Origin: an uncultured archaeon
GTDB taxonomy: Archaea > Aenigmatarchaeota > Aenigmatarchaeia > QMZP01 > JACQNV01
Direction of reading: 5' to 3'
Assembly (NCBI GenBank): GCA_964410585.1
Contig: CAYPFW010000001.1
Span: forward strand, 384,001 to 448,000
Length of the DNA: 64,000 bases
Shown here: positions 21,501 to 30,607 of the stretch, one piece after another
Position numbering within the stretch: position 1 is the stretch's first letter
Layout: each line of letters opens with the position of its first letter
Program-made: the position numbers and the translations under genes
Notes under the pieces: generated by a model
What the model saw: only the letters and a program-made list of their open reading frames with translations
Told to the model about the DNA's origin: nothing
Database searches by the model: none

Positions 21501-22826
21501 TACAATTTTACATCCGGCTCACAAGAGTTTAGCAGAGTAAGAGATGCGCAGATGCAGGTTGGCGGATTTACTTTTGGGAGAGCCAACTTAGTTGGTGGAA
21601 AAAGCTTGAACTTTACAGACCAATTTTTATCTGGTACATCATCTGAACACGGTACAAAGTTTACAGGATTCAATTCTTCTACATGGCTTGAGACAGCACA
21701 AAACTTAGGAATGCGACCTTCTGACAATGTAACAATAATAGTTGAAGGAACAGGAGACAAAATATACAAGTGTGATGATAATGGAGCAAATTGTGTTGAA
21801 ATGACACAATGCATAACATTGGTATCATCTAACTCAACACACAAGACATATTCTGTTGCAGTTGCTGCTGGCTTTTCTACATACTCACTATCAGCTCCTT
21901 CCTCTGGCAACTCGGGGAACTCTGGATCATCTGGTGGAGGAGGCGGATCTGGGTCAATAACAAGCGGCGCAACAGTTAAGAAAGAAAATAAAACTAAAAT
22001 ATATGAATGTATAAGCGATAGCCAGTGTAAGGATGATAGAGTTTGCTATCAAAATCTTTGTGTTAAATTGTTTGATATAAAATTAATTGAAGTCGATTCT
22101 CCCATAGGCGAAAACAATACCCTAAGCTTCAAATATTTCCTAAAAGGAATGGCCAATATAAGTAGTGATGTTTTAATAAATTTCTGGCTAGAAAATGAAA
22201 AAGGTATTATAAGTTCTGGACAGGATACCATATACATCGGCTTTTTCGAAGAAAAAACAGAGCAAACAAAAATCTTTTTACCTAAAAATTTAACAGCGGG
22301 TCAATATGAGTTCTATGTTCAGGTAACATATGAAAATTATCAGGCTAAATCTCACAGAACTGTATATGTAAATCCGGAAGATAAGATTGAAGTCAGAATA
22401 GTTTCAGAAACAATTGAAAAGATAGATGATAGATATTTAATATTGGTTCTTGTTCTTTCGATGTCCCTTCTTTTTGAAGCAGTTTACTTTACCCGAAAGG
22501 CTCTCAGAAGGTTATTAATAAAAATTTTTGCATCATGCTTAGAAAAAACAAGAAGACGATACCACACTGAATCTTTATGGGAATTATCAAGGAGGGCCCA
22601 AACAATAGAAATACTAAACGGTGCTTACAAGTCTGAAAATGTTGAAAAACGAAAGCTAGTGAAAAAACTATTTAAAACAATTTTTGTTGAAAAGATTTTA
22701 GAATCTGGAAAATCAGAAAGACAAGAATTAATTAAAAAAACTTTTAATTTTATTTTCACCAAAAAAGTTTTAGAAAATTTAAAGAAGTTAATAAAATCTT
22801 TTTTTGTTTTATTTCAGTCTTATTGA
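18564..22826 (+). CDS. Large surface protein with GLUG repeats, Cys-rich modules and a C-terminal TM anchor
   Basis: Signal peptide, many VGGLVG..I.NSY repeats, CGxxxCxxxETxxxCPxDC x2, DNDKDGSTDC, Gly/Ser linker, TM, many N-x-S/T sequons. Confidence 0.85.
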   Translation: MKRSESSAALAIVFLALIILSSTSSSQVSDCYNNTANPIPICTCIDLNKTRNNITASYKLQNNVDCSDTVNWNSGAGWSPIATSGSRFSGTFNGNNYNISGLYINRSSTDYQGLFAATTAGAQILNLGLVNVSINGSIRTGSIAGAHWGGTINNSFSTGTVFGKYFVGGLSGESSAIINNSFSHANVSASGNNPAYAGGLVGYLSGGTLDKSYATGTVSSTNSRVGGLVGEHYQATIINSYSTGNVFGSGVVGGLAGIMSGSTTYILSSYSTSNVTGTSSSVGGLVGFVQSSAVINNSYARGNVSSTSGIGGLVGYMQISSTIYNSYATGKLSGSSTVGGLVGTVSSSTCTDSFWDNQTTGKSTSACGTGKTTSQMKNVSTFTDTSSPGLSTAWDFVNNPNNDNQNRNYWDISTLNDGYPFLTSIAPSVSNPPSCGQTLNASTTLSSNIAGSGNCFTIGANSLVINGNGKSITGNGSGSAFTIGNFSNITIANVTITNFTSDFSISNGDLTAINSSFNRSRVLFTTDATGNLTTKWHVDVVVREWGYSYFEGSGSSGGYCGDRVCGSSETQYTCPYDCSGGESANCGNGFCGFGETPSSCPADCGGNPPAAPGTSGINVTVYNVTGNILSYALTNSQGRIPSLILTEFFQNSTTKILQTPHSINTSKEGTKKDGRTVNLTATGTVSLEFVAKKPFNNCESYNGNQTTCTAASCSWENDTQLCRPSFSSMDCSQFCGLCTTQGSCSSSSRSCIWQSSGSGFCRENFTTFSYGTGGSSNSTGYFSFVPTDCLKEPHKCDSQFDVEKGFVKYETMCSDSVDNDKDGSTDCSDIDCSRWPSCTSSYNSSADTTPPKLANCKVETDLNSVDIFCSATEPTNATLSFYGTNTTCSVLNTTLTEPNLAGCSLDDYALWHQFSVDSSSVYSLSPNTTYFYKLSGYDQAGLEYQTACLNFTTKSSAQTYKFRIAYDGVKINTGSGLQSYNFTSGSQEFSRVRDAQMQVGGFTFGRANLVGGKSLNFTDQFLSGTSSEHGTKFTGFNSSTWLETAQNLGMRPSDNVTIIVEGTGDKIYKCDDNGANCVEMTQCITLVSSNSTHKTYSVAVAAGFSTYSLSAPSSGNSGNSGSSGGGGGSGSITSGATVKKENKTKIYECISDSQCKDDRVCYQNLCVKLFDIKLIEVDSPIGENNTLSFKYFLKGMANISSDVLINFWLENEKGIISSGQDTIYIGFFEEKTEQTKIFLPKNLTAGQYEFYVQVTYENYQAKSHRTVYVNPEDKIEVRIVSETIEKIDDRYLILVLVLSMSLLFEAVYFTRKALRRLLIKIFASCLEKTRRRYHTESLWELSRRAQTIEILNGAYKSENVEKRKLVKKLFKTIFVEKILESGKSERQELIKKTFNFIFTKKVLENLKKLIKSFFVLFQSY

Positions 22827-24686
22827 ATCCAAATTCTTTGGAACTTCTGTTTCAACTCTGAAAATTTTGTGAGCAGCATGCGCCAAATCAACTGACCGAG
22901 CGCGCTCGCCGTGATTGACAATTATTTTTTCTGGCCTACTTGTAAGCCTCCCTATAAACTTCAGAAGCTCATTCCTATCTGCATGTCCTGACAAACCTTC
23001 AATTGTTTTTATTTCCATTTCAATTTTCAAAACTTTTTTCCTGCCTTCTTCGTTTATTGGGACCTCTGCCCAACCTTTTTGTATTTTTCTTCCTAATGTA
23101 CCCTCTGCCTGATAACCGCTGAACAGCAAAGTATTCTTTGGATCGTGTGCTAGGCCTTTTAGATATTCAACAGAAGGCCCACCAATCAACATACCTGATG
23201 TTGCAACTATAACAGCGGGCTCGTTTGAATCGATTATAGAGTCCCTTTGTTTAGGTGAGACATTTTTGAAATATTCAGAAACAAGTGGGTTCTTCCCTTT
23301 GTGGAAAATTTCCCTCTGCAGTCTTTTGGATAAATATTCTGGATAAGCTGTGTGGATTGCTGTTGCATCGTAAATCATACCTTCTAAATATATTGGATAT
23401 GGGAAATTTTCCTGTGATCCTAGAAGCGCCATTATTTCCTGTCCTCTTCCAACAGCAAATGAAGGAACTATAACCTTTCCGCCCCTCTCCATTGTTTTTT
23501 GTATTGAGTTGAGGAGGTCGGCTTCGACATCTCTCCTATGTTGGAAGATGTTTCCTTCGCCTCCATATGTTGATTCTATGACAAGGGTTTCTATTCTTTT
23601 GAAATCAGTATAAGCTGGGTCAAATAGTTGAGTTGGCACGAATTTCAAATCGCCTGTGTACAAAATGTTGTGAAGTCCTCTTCCTATGTGCAAGTGAACA
23701 AGAGAAGAGCCTAAAAGATGACCAGAAGGTTGGAGAGTGACACGGACATCTGGTGTGATATCAGAGACTTCACCATACTCCAAAGTTATTGAATGTTTGA
23801 CTGCCATTTCAACGCCTTTTTTTGAATACCAAAGCTGCTTGCCTGCTTTTTGTGCAACATCAACAAAATCCATGCACAGGAGGACCATTAAATCCCTTGT
23901 AGGTGGTGTGCAGTACAAAGGGCCTTTGTATCCGTTCTCATACAAGTATGGTATAAAGCCCATGTGATCAATGTGAGCATGCGACAAAACAATTGCATCT
24001 ATTTTTTCCAAATCAAAATCAGGAGAATTAACATATGGTACAGTATCTGAACCAACATCAACGCCACAATCCAACATTATTCTTGAATGAGATGTTTCAA
24101 CCATTAAACAACTTCGACCAACATGACTGAACCCTCCCAAAAATGTCAACCTCACCCACTCATCTGGGTTTGTTGTTAAAGCTGGGAGCTCAGAAGAAAT
24201 TTTAGAACCAATTGAATTCAGGAACCTTTTTCTGTAATCTAATTCTGTGTGAAGCAAGGCCCTTACAGCGTTTACGATGTCTGAATTTAAGGCAGGCGCT
24301 CTCTCAATTTTTGGAAGCCAACATGTTTTGTCTTTTATGTCCTTGTAGACTTCTCCACCTTTTCCTATTACTAATCCTGGCTTTAAACATTCTATGAAAA
24401 CCTTTCCTAATTCAGGCTCAAAATAAATTTGTTTTATCCCAGCTTCTTCTGAAACTGTTTTCAGGATATATTCTTTTGTTTTTTCCGGATCCAAAGTTAT
24501 TGATGGATCTGGCCTTACTTCTATTCTTTTCTTCAGAGCTGAAACTATTTCCCTTATTTTGTCCTCGCTTGTCCTGAAAAACTCTTTGTTTTTCGTGTAC
24601 AAAACCAGCTCAGATGCCTCGAATTTTATTTCAGAAATTTCAGCATCCTGCGGTAAGCTTTTTTCTAGTTCCTTCAAAATGTTCAT
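22809..24686 (-). CDS. fttA: beta-CASP ribonuclease aCPSF1 / transcription termination factor FttA
   Basis: N-terminal KH (KPGLVIGKGG), SHAHIDH, GHLLGS, ESTYG, SGHAD, NHGE. Confidence 0.95.
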   Translation of the reverse strand: MNILKELEKSLPQDAEISEIKFEASELVLYTKNKEFFRTSEDKIREIVSALKKRIEVRPDPSITLDPEKTKEYILKTVSEEAGIKQIYFEPELGKVFIECLKPGLVIGKGGEVYKDIKDKTCWLPKIERAPALNSDIVNAVRALLHTELDYRKRFLNSIGSKISSELPALTTNPDEWVRLTFLGGFSHVGRSCLMVETSHSRIMLDCGVDVGSDTVPYVNSPDFDLEKIDAIVLSHAHIDHMGFIPYLYENGYKGPLYCTPPTRDLMVLLCMDFVDVAQKAGKQLWYSKKGVEMAVKHSITLEYGEVSDITPDVRVTLQPSGHLLGSSLVHLHIGRGLHNILYTGDLKFVPTQLFDPAYTDFKRIETLVIESTYGGEGNIFQHRRDVEADLLNSIQKTMERGGKVIVPSFAVGRGQEIMALLGSQENFPYPIYLEGMIYDATAIHTAYPEYLSKRLQREIFHKGKNPLVSEYFKNVSPKQRDSIIDSNEPAVIVATSGMLIGGPSVEYLKGLAHDPKNTLLFSGYQAEGTLGRKIQKGWAEVPINEEGRKKVLKIEMEIKTIEGLSGHADRNELLKFIGRLTSRPEKIIVNHGERARSVDLAHAAHKIFRVETEVPKNLDSIRLK

Positions 24687-24760
24687 ATTCAAGTCCTTTT
24701 ATTTTGTAGAATTATTTGGAAATTATCTGCGAAAATTCAAAATTTAAAAATTTTATAAAA

Positions 24761-25396
24761 TTATTTCTTGCCTAAAAGAGCATCAACTTCAGAGTCAGAT
24801 GAATAATGGACTCCTTTCTTGTCAATAACAACTAAATCAATTCCTCTTCCACCAGAAGCAATGTCTCTTTGTGTTGCTGCGTATACTGCTCTTACAGCAA
24901 GCCTTTTTGCATCTTCAAGAGCCATGTCTTTTTTGTAACCATCTTCTAAAACACCAAAAACCATTGGAGAACCAGAACCTGTTGAGAAATATTCTTTTTC
25001 CTCTACCATTGAACCGTCAAGTGCCAGGCTATATAAGTGTGGCGAGTCATCATATCCACCAACCAAAAGCTGGACTAGGAATGGATAGTATTTTCTACCA
25101 TACAAAATATTTGCAAGCAAGGTAGATGCTGCTTTTACTGGGATTCTTTTTCCTTCCTGAAGTTTGAAAAGTTTGAACTCTGCTTTTAGATGCCTTTCTA
25201 TAACTTGAGTGTCACCAACAGAACCTGCAATTGTCATTGCTATATGTTCATCTAATTGTGCAATTTTTTTGATGTCTTTTGTGGCTATCAAATAGCCCAT
25301 TGTTGCTTTTCTGTCTGCTGCTAGAACAACTGCATCTTTAGCCATTAAACCAAGAGTTGTTGTCCCTGTTTTCAATTTTGTTTGTTCATCTATCAT
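24761..25396 (-). CDS. psmB: 20S proteasome beta subunit
   Basis: Short propeptide then KTG/TTT, AADRKAT, STGSGS, RDIASG. Confidence 0.96.
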   Translation of the reverse strand: MIDEQTKLKTGTTTLGLMAKDAVVLAADRKATMGYLIATKDIKKIAQLDEHIAMTIAGSVGDTQVIERHLKAEFKLFKLQEGKRIPVKAASTLLANILYGRKYYPFLVQLLVGGYDDSPHLYSLALDGSMVEEKEYFSTGSGSPMVFGVLEDGYKKDMALEDAKRLAVRAVYAATQRDIASGGRGIDLVVIDKKGVHYSSDSEVDALLGKK

Positions 25397-25463
25397 AAGA
25401 ATCAAAACGTTAGAAAACGCTCATTAAGGTTTATAGTATAATTGTATTGGGGGTATTTAAATG

Positions 25464-26000
25464 TTAGTTCCTCTTTGCTGCAGATAGCTTGTCTTCTGCT
25501 CTTCTCCTATCTCCTGTATCGATTGCTATCCTTTTAGATGATTGCGATTGCGGTGAAACAACCAATAAAACACCCTCAACAAGCTCAGCAACTCCTGTTG
25601 GATAAGAAAGAGCCAGGCCTCTTCTCGCCTCAAAAACAGCACCACTATCTGTCACTTCTAATGTTGGTCTATTAAATGGATCAACTAATTGTTCCCTATC
25701 ATTAACTAAATATGAAACTTTTTGTGGAGAAGCTGATACTCTTTCAGGTGCTCCATATGTCCGCAAAAATCCAGGACTTCTTTCTGGGAAATTTGGTCTG
25801 GTTTTTCCATGAACCACAACTCTGTCAACTAAATATTGCTCATTTTCAGAATGTTGATCAATCCTAAGTCTAACAGACCAATCATATTCACCAACAGAAC
25901 CGCTTATTTGAAAAGGCGATTCTAAGTGTCTGACTGAGCCAACTTGAGCTAATTCCTTTTCAATTTCTGCTCTGTATAGGCTTCTGTCTGTTGATCTCAT
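25464..26000 (-). CDS. Hypothetical protein, paralog of 26591-27160
   Basis: MRSTDRS..WSV..GVAELVEGVLL shared with upstream ORF. Confidence 0.7.
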   Translation of the reverse strand: MRSTDRSLYRAEIEKELAQVGSVRHLESPFQISGSVGEYDWSVRLRIDQHSENEQYLVDRVVVHGKTRPNFPERSPGFLRTYGAPERVSASPQKVSYLVNDREQLVDPFNRPTLEVTDSGAVFEARRGLALSYPTGVAELVEGVLLVVSPQSQSSKRIAIDTGDRRRAEDKLSAAKRN

Positions 26001-26001
26001 A

Positions 26002-26403
26002 CTAATTATATTGTGCAAGTCCACTATTCCAAACAGTGAACTCACCTTCTCCTCTGGATGGATCAAAAACAACAATTCTCCTGCTCACTCTGGTCACAAG
26101 TGTTTTCCATTCTTCTTCTGCTTGGTTTTTAGCTTGCTTGTATATTTCCAGTTCCCTTTCCAGCCTTTGTATTTGTCTTGTATAGTGTCTTATTCCGACT
26201 TGTGCGATTTTGACATCTTTCCTAAGCTCTGGTTTGTAGACAGCTTCTGAATTTACATTTTCCAAAAAATTTGTACATTCCTCAAAATTTCTTCTAACTC
26301 TGTACAGCTCTTTTTCAGTTGATGTGAGCAGACTAAAGGCTATATTAAACTTTTTTTCCGCCTGATTCAACATCTGATCTGCATCAAGTATATAACTTGG
26401 CAT
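26002..26403 (-). CDS. Hypothetical coiled-coil protein
   Basis: Heptad-like helical sequence; tightly packed in operon. Confidence 0.65.
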   Translation of the reverse strand: MPSYILDADQMLNQAEKKFNIAFSLLTSTEKELYRVRRNFEECTNFLENVNSEAVYKPELRKDVKIAQVGIRHYTRQIQRLERELEIYKQAKNQAEEEWKTLVTRVSRRIVVFDPSRGEGEFTVWNSGLAQYN

Positions 26404-26405
26404 AA

Positions 26406-26588
26406 CTATTTCCCCAATTTATTTATATCTGGTCTGTTTGTAGCCCAATCAACAACATACTTGTAAGTAAATTCCCTTCCACCTAACAAATGATCTTCAG
26501 GGGCTCTAACAACATTAAGTCTTGTAAGCCAATCTAACTTTTCTGTTCCACCATATCTTCTCGAATCCCTGTATATACTTTCTCTCAT
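26406..26588 (-). CDS. Small hypothetical protein
   Basis: About 60 aa, 2-nt spacing to neighbours. Confidence 0.55.
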   Translation of the reverse strand: MRESIYRDSRRYGGTEKLDWLTRLNVVRAPEDHLLGGREFTYKYVVDWATNRPDINKLGK

Positions 26589-26590
26589 AA

Positions 26591-27160
26591 TCAAGCAACT
26601 GCGACCCTCCTGTCTCTACTTCTTCTGCCATACAATTGCGCAGCTCTAGCTATTCCTTCCCTGTAATCATATGGATCGTTTTCTTTTTGTGTTTCAACTT
26701 CTGGTGCAAATGAAAGTAGAAGACCTTCAACAAGCTCAGCCACACCACCCAAATCTTTTACTACAATTGGTTTAGTTGGTTCTAAAACAGCTGCTCCTGG
26801 AACCAGTGTAAGCAAAGGTGTTTTGGCACAGTTTGCAAGATAAACTCTTCTGTTTGCTTCTCTTGTTTGACCAGACATCTCATATGGCACTAAGAAATTT
26901 TCTACTCTTCCTTCTACGTGTGGTTTCAAATCTGGGGCAACCGAATATGCACAGGGTTCCATTACTTCAACTCTTCTGATTGCAAATGTTCCATTTCCAA
27001 GAACTGAATATTGAACAGACCAAGAAAGATCTGCATCAGGGGATTTGTGGTACCTTGCAACGAACCCTCTGGCTGATAATATTCCTCCTCCACATCCTGC
27101 ACTCTCTTTCAAATCCCTCTCTACTTCTCCTCTCCATGGGCTTCTGTCGTCCTTTCGCAT
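26591..27160 (-). CDS. Hypothetical protein, paralog of 25464-26000
   Basis: MRKDDRS..WSV..GVAELVEGLLL. Confidence 0.7.
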   Translation of the reverse strand: MRKDDRSPWRGEVERDLKESAGCGGGILSARGFVARYHKSPDADLSWSVQYSVLGNGTFAIRRVEVMEPCAYSVAPDLKPHVEGRVENFLVPYEMSGQTREANRRVYLANCAKTPLLTLVPGAAVLEPTKPIVVKDLGGVAELVEGLLLSFAPEVETQKENDPYDYREGIARAAQLYGRRSRDRRVAVA

Positions 27161-27454
27161 ATAGCTTCCTCTATTTCGAACACAATCAACTTCTAAACCC
27201 AGAAAATACATCCACATCGTCCATCAAATTCCAGAAAAAGAAGTTAATTGTGGACGATGTTAAATTGTCAATTTATTGAAGACATAGATATGTCTAGAAA
27301 AATTACATACCTTCAGTATTTGAGGCATTTGTCTGTTTGACATATCTATTCTCTCTACTTTATCATTGTGACAAGCCCTATATAAACCTTATTGTTTAAA
27401 TTATTCAAAAATGAATTTTTTGACATATTTAAGTATGTTTTGACATATTTTTAT

Positions 27455-28066
27455 ATGGCAAAAATAGCAGAGCATGTTTGGAAGTTGGTTCAGGAAGATC
27501 TTTCTATACAGAAGGACATTAATAGGGGCCTGATAAATGTAAGGGCACTTGCTAGGTATTTGATTGAAAAACACGAATTAGAAGCGTCCTTGGAATCTGT
27601 GATTTCTGCAATCAGGAGATTTGAATTTAAAAAATCCCAGGAAAGTGAGAAGAGGTTTTTGAGGCTTTTCAAAGACGCAAAAATTTCAACAAGAAACAGT
27701 ATTATTTGTTTTACCCTAGGAAAAGATGCTACAAAATTGCTTGGAAAGGTTTCTTCTAAAAACATAAGGTTGATTGTTTCAACAGAACAAATAAAAGTAA
27801 TTTGCACAAAGCAAGATGCAGAATCGCTTTCTGACATATTTTCAGGACATATTGAAAGAGTTGAAAAAGATTTGGGTGAACTCAGCCTAGTTGTCAGTGA
27901 AGAAGTGATAAAATCAAAGGGTGTGATGGCGAGGATAGCAAATGAAATCGCATTACATGACATCAATATTCAAGAAACAATAATTTGTCCACCGGAATTT
28001 TTGATCTATGTAAAACAAGAAGATGTCATTACAACACATGAAGCTGTTTTGAAATTGTCCAGTTAA
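27455..28066 (+). CDS. ACT-domain protein with N-terminal helical domain (probable regulator)
   Basis: GLINVRALAR, VISAIRR, GVMARIANEIALHDINI. Confidence 0.8.
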   Translation: MAKIAEHVWKLVQEDLSIQKDINRGLINVRALARYLIEKHELEASLESVISAIRRFEFKKSQESEKRFLRLFKDAKISTRNSIICFTLGKDATKLLGKVSSKNIRLIVSTEQIKVICTKQDAESLSDIFSGHIERVEKDLGELSLVVSEEVIKSKGVMARIANEIALHDINIQETIICPPEFLIYVKQEDVITTHEAVLKLSS

Positions 28067-28116
28067 TAAAGCTTTGCAGTGCACGCCTTTTTAAAATTTA
28101 TTTCTAATTTAGCCTA

Positions 28117-29052
28117 ATGACAATTGAACTTCATGTTGAGCCTAGGAAAGTTTATACTTGGAAGGACTTTAGAAGGAACAAGCCTGCCTATTCTATAGGT
28201 CTAGATGGGATAGTTGATTCTCCAACACGCAGAGATCCTAAAGGACCATATGCTAATTTTGATCACCATTCAAAATCGGGTTTTGCAACACGATCAACTT
28301 CTGGACAAGTTCACATGGAAATAAGAATGGGGCTATTCCAGACATTTAAACAGGATGAGAAACCACATGCACATGTTTATGTCAATGATCCAGATGAGGA
28401 TGTTTGTTTGGCTTGGTGGCTTCTAAATAACAGTGAATTGGTTAATGGAAACGTATATCCACAAATCACAGGACTTGTTGATTGCGAAGATAGAATGGAT
28501 TGTACGGCCGGTGCATATCCACTCGATGATCCACAAATGAGAAGGCAAATGGCTTGGATTTTTGACCCATACAATTTAGCCAGGTTCGAGGGCAAAATTG
28601 CAACTGCAACAGAATCCGAAATGAGAGATATTATAAATACAGTCGAAGGCAGGATAACTGATCATGTTTTTGGACGAGGCAAGGAAATACAACTTGAAGG
28701 TCATTTTGAAAGAATTGGCGGTGATGAGAGGTGGGCTTTAACCAGGGAGACAGGACCAGCATCAAGGATGGCTATGTACAATAATGGAATACGTGCTTTC
28801 ATAGCTGTTGTTGCTCAAAAGGCAGATGGGTCTTTTGTATATGCAATTGGAAAAAGAGACCCATGGAATCCAATATTTCAGCTTCCACTAATCTATAGAA
28901 GATTAAACAGAGAGGAAAATGGAATAATAACAAAAACAAATAGATGGGGAGGAAGCGATTTCCGTGGAGGGTCTCCAAAAGAAACAGGAAGTGGATTACC
29001 TCCTAAAAGAGTTGAAGAAATTGTCATATCTGAACTAAATAAAGTGGCCTAG
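28117..29052 (+). CDS. Hypothetical protein with DHH-like motifs
   Basis: IGLDG, NFDHH, DPDED, C-terminal WGGS..GGSP. Confidence 0.55.
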   Translation: MTIELHVEPRKVYTWKDFRRNKPAYSIGLDGIVDSPTRRDPKGPYANFDHHSKSGFATRSTSGQVHMEIRMGLFQTFKQDEKPHAHVYVNDPDEDVCLAWWLLNNSELVNGNVYPQITGLVDCEDRMDCTAGAYPLDDPQMRRQMAWIFDPYNLARFEGKIATATESEMRDIINTVEGRITDHVFGRGKEIQLEGHFERIGGDERWALTRETGPASRMAMYNNGIRAFIAVVAQKADGSFVYAIGKRDPWNPIFQLPLIYRRLNREENGIITKTNRWGGSDFRGGSPKETGSGLPPKRVEEIVISELNKVA

Positions 29053-29054
29053 AT

Positions 29055-29606
29055 TTACATCTTCACCAACTCTTCCAAAACGATTGGAAGCTCTTTTACA
29101 CCATCAGATCCCATGAAGTGGCCTTTGTTTTTTTCTACAATAATTTTTCCACCAAGTTTTTCCTGAAACAGCTTTCCATTATTTAATGGTATATATGGGT
29201 CATTGTCTGAGAAAATTCCGACAAAATGTTTCATCTTAATTTTTTTAAAATCAATCGGAGTTTCCAGCCACGGACTAACTATTAATTTTTCCTCCTCTGT
29301 GTCCAGTGGTTTTGGTTTTAAAAATCCTCCAACAAAAATTGCTCCACCAACTTTCTTTCCTGATTTTTCCAAAAACCTCAAAATAGTTTGACATCCAATC
29401 GAATGACCAACAAAAAATGTTTGTTCATCTGGATCTTTGACAATTTTAGAAAGATGGCCTACCCATTTATCGATTTTGGGATGAGAAGTATCAGGCATTT
29501 CTGGAACAAAAACTTCAAATCCTTTTTTGCGAAGTTCTTTTTCCAGCCAAGGATACCAATCTGCTTTTGGCGAGCCATCCCATCTATGGATTATGTAGAC
29601 TTTCAT
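29055..29606 (-). CDS. RBBP9/YdeN alpha/beta hydrolase
   Basis: IIHRW, WYPWL, VGHSIG, SDNDPY, GHF. Confidence 0.9.
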   Translation of the reverse strand: MKVYIIHRWDGSPKADWYPWLEKELRKKGFEVFVPEMPDTSHPKIDKWVGHLSKIVKDPDEQTFFVGHSIGCQTILRFLEKSGKKVGGAIFVGGFLKPKPLDTEEEKLIVSPWLETPIDFKKIKMKHFVGIFSDNDPYIPLNNGKLFQEKLGGKIIVEKNKGHFMGSDGVKELPIVLEELVKM

Positions 29607-29663
29607 ATTTGTATATTAGTTTTTTCTGGACAATGCTCTTTTTTTCTAACTGTATATTTTTCA

Positions 29664-29830
29664 TTTTTGGGTACGGTATCTGCATCTCTCGGAGAGATGA
29701 TGCAGAGATGTCTCGTGAACTATTAACAGTTCACTCTGTTAGTTGGAGACACGAGCCTTTTGAGGAAGCGTCGGATACCGAAGCTGACTTCGTCAGCTTC
29801 CAATTGAGAACTCCCGGAAAAGGCTAGCTA
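29664..29830 (-). repeat. Family E repeat containing modules C (29679-29754) and D (29772-29803)
   Basis: TTTTGGGTACGGTA[C]GCCTTTT..[D]..AACTCCCGGAAAAGGCTAGC; abuts ZIP stop. Confidence 0.85.
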
Positions 29831-30574
29831 TACGTGTGGTGTTGAAACAAAAAGTGCGTAAATTGCCAAAATTCCAATCGCCAAAAAAACAAATTGTATG
29901 ATTGCCCTTTTTGTATCTGTTTCCTTATGTATTTCTGGTATCAAATCAGTCAAAGAAAGATATAGGAAGCCTCCACCTGCAACAGATAAAAGTATTGGAG
30001 CAAGTGACTCTATGCTTGTGGATAGGAAAAAAGCAACAACCGCACCTATAACAGCTGTGAGAGCTGAAATGAAATTGTAGAAAAGTGCTTTTTCCGGCTT
30101 CAAGCCACCATTAACCAAAACAGCAAAATCACCTATCTCCTGTGGTATTTCGTGGAGAATTATTGCAATTGTTATCAGAATACCCGTAGGTACATCAATT
30201 AGAAAAGCCCCCGCGATCAAAGTCCCATCAACAAAATTATGGACACCTTCTGCGATCAAGTTGACATATACAGAAGGATGCTTATGTGTTTCTATATCAC
30301 TCTCTCTGTGATGATGGTGCCAACCAACAAACCTCTCAACTGCAAAGAAAACTAAAATTCCAACTATTATGTAGATGGATGAGATTGTGCCGCCCTCAAG
30401 TGCCTCTGGAACAACATCAAGAATAGCTACGCCCAAAAGCGAGCCTGCTGCAAAGGCAACAAGAATGAAAAGTATGCTTTTCAAAATATTTTTGTTTAAG
30501 GAAAGTGCAAAAACGCCCACAAATGAAATAAAGCTTACAAGTACAGAAGCTGCGATGATTAATTCTAGAACCAT
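29828..30574 (-). CDS. ZIP family metal transporter
   Basis: WHHHH loop, HNFVDG, LHEIPQEIGDF, multiple TMs. Confidence 0.93.
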   Translation of the reverse strand: MVLELIIAASVLVSFISFVGVFALSLNKNILKSILFILVAFAAGSLLGVAILDVVPEALEGGTISSIYIIVGILVFFAVERFVGWHHHHRESDIETHKHPSVYVNLIAEGVHNFVDGTLIAGAFLIDVPTGILITIAIILHEIPQEIGDFAVLVNGGLKPEKALFYNFISALTAVIGAVVAFFLSTSIESLAPILLSVAGGGFLYLSLTDLIPEIHKETDTKRAIIQFVFLAIGILAIYALFVSTPHV

Positions 30575-30607
30575 GTTTAATATTTGATGCAAAGTATTTA
30601 AGTCTTC

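Noticed and set aside
29679-29803. Modules C and D as a known self-cleaving ribozyme or riboswitch
   Set aside because: No hammerhead core or other recognisable consensus by eye; an Rfam search is needed.
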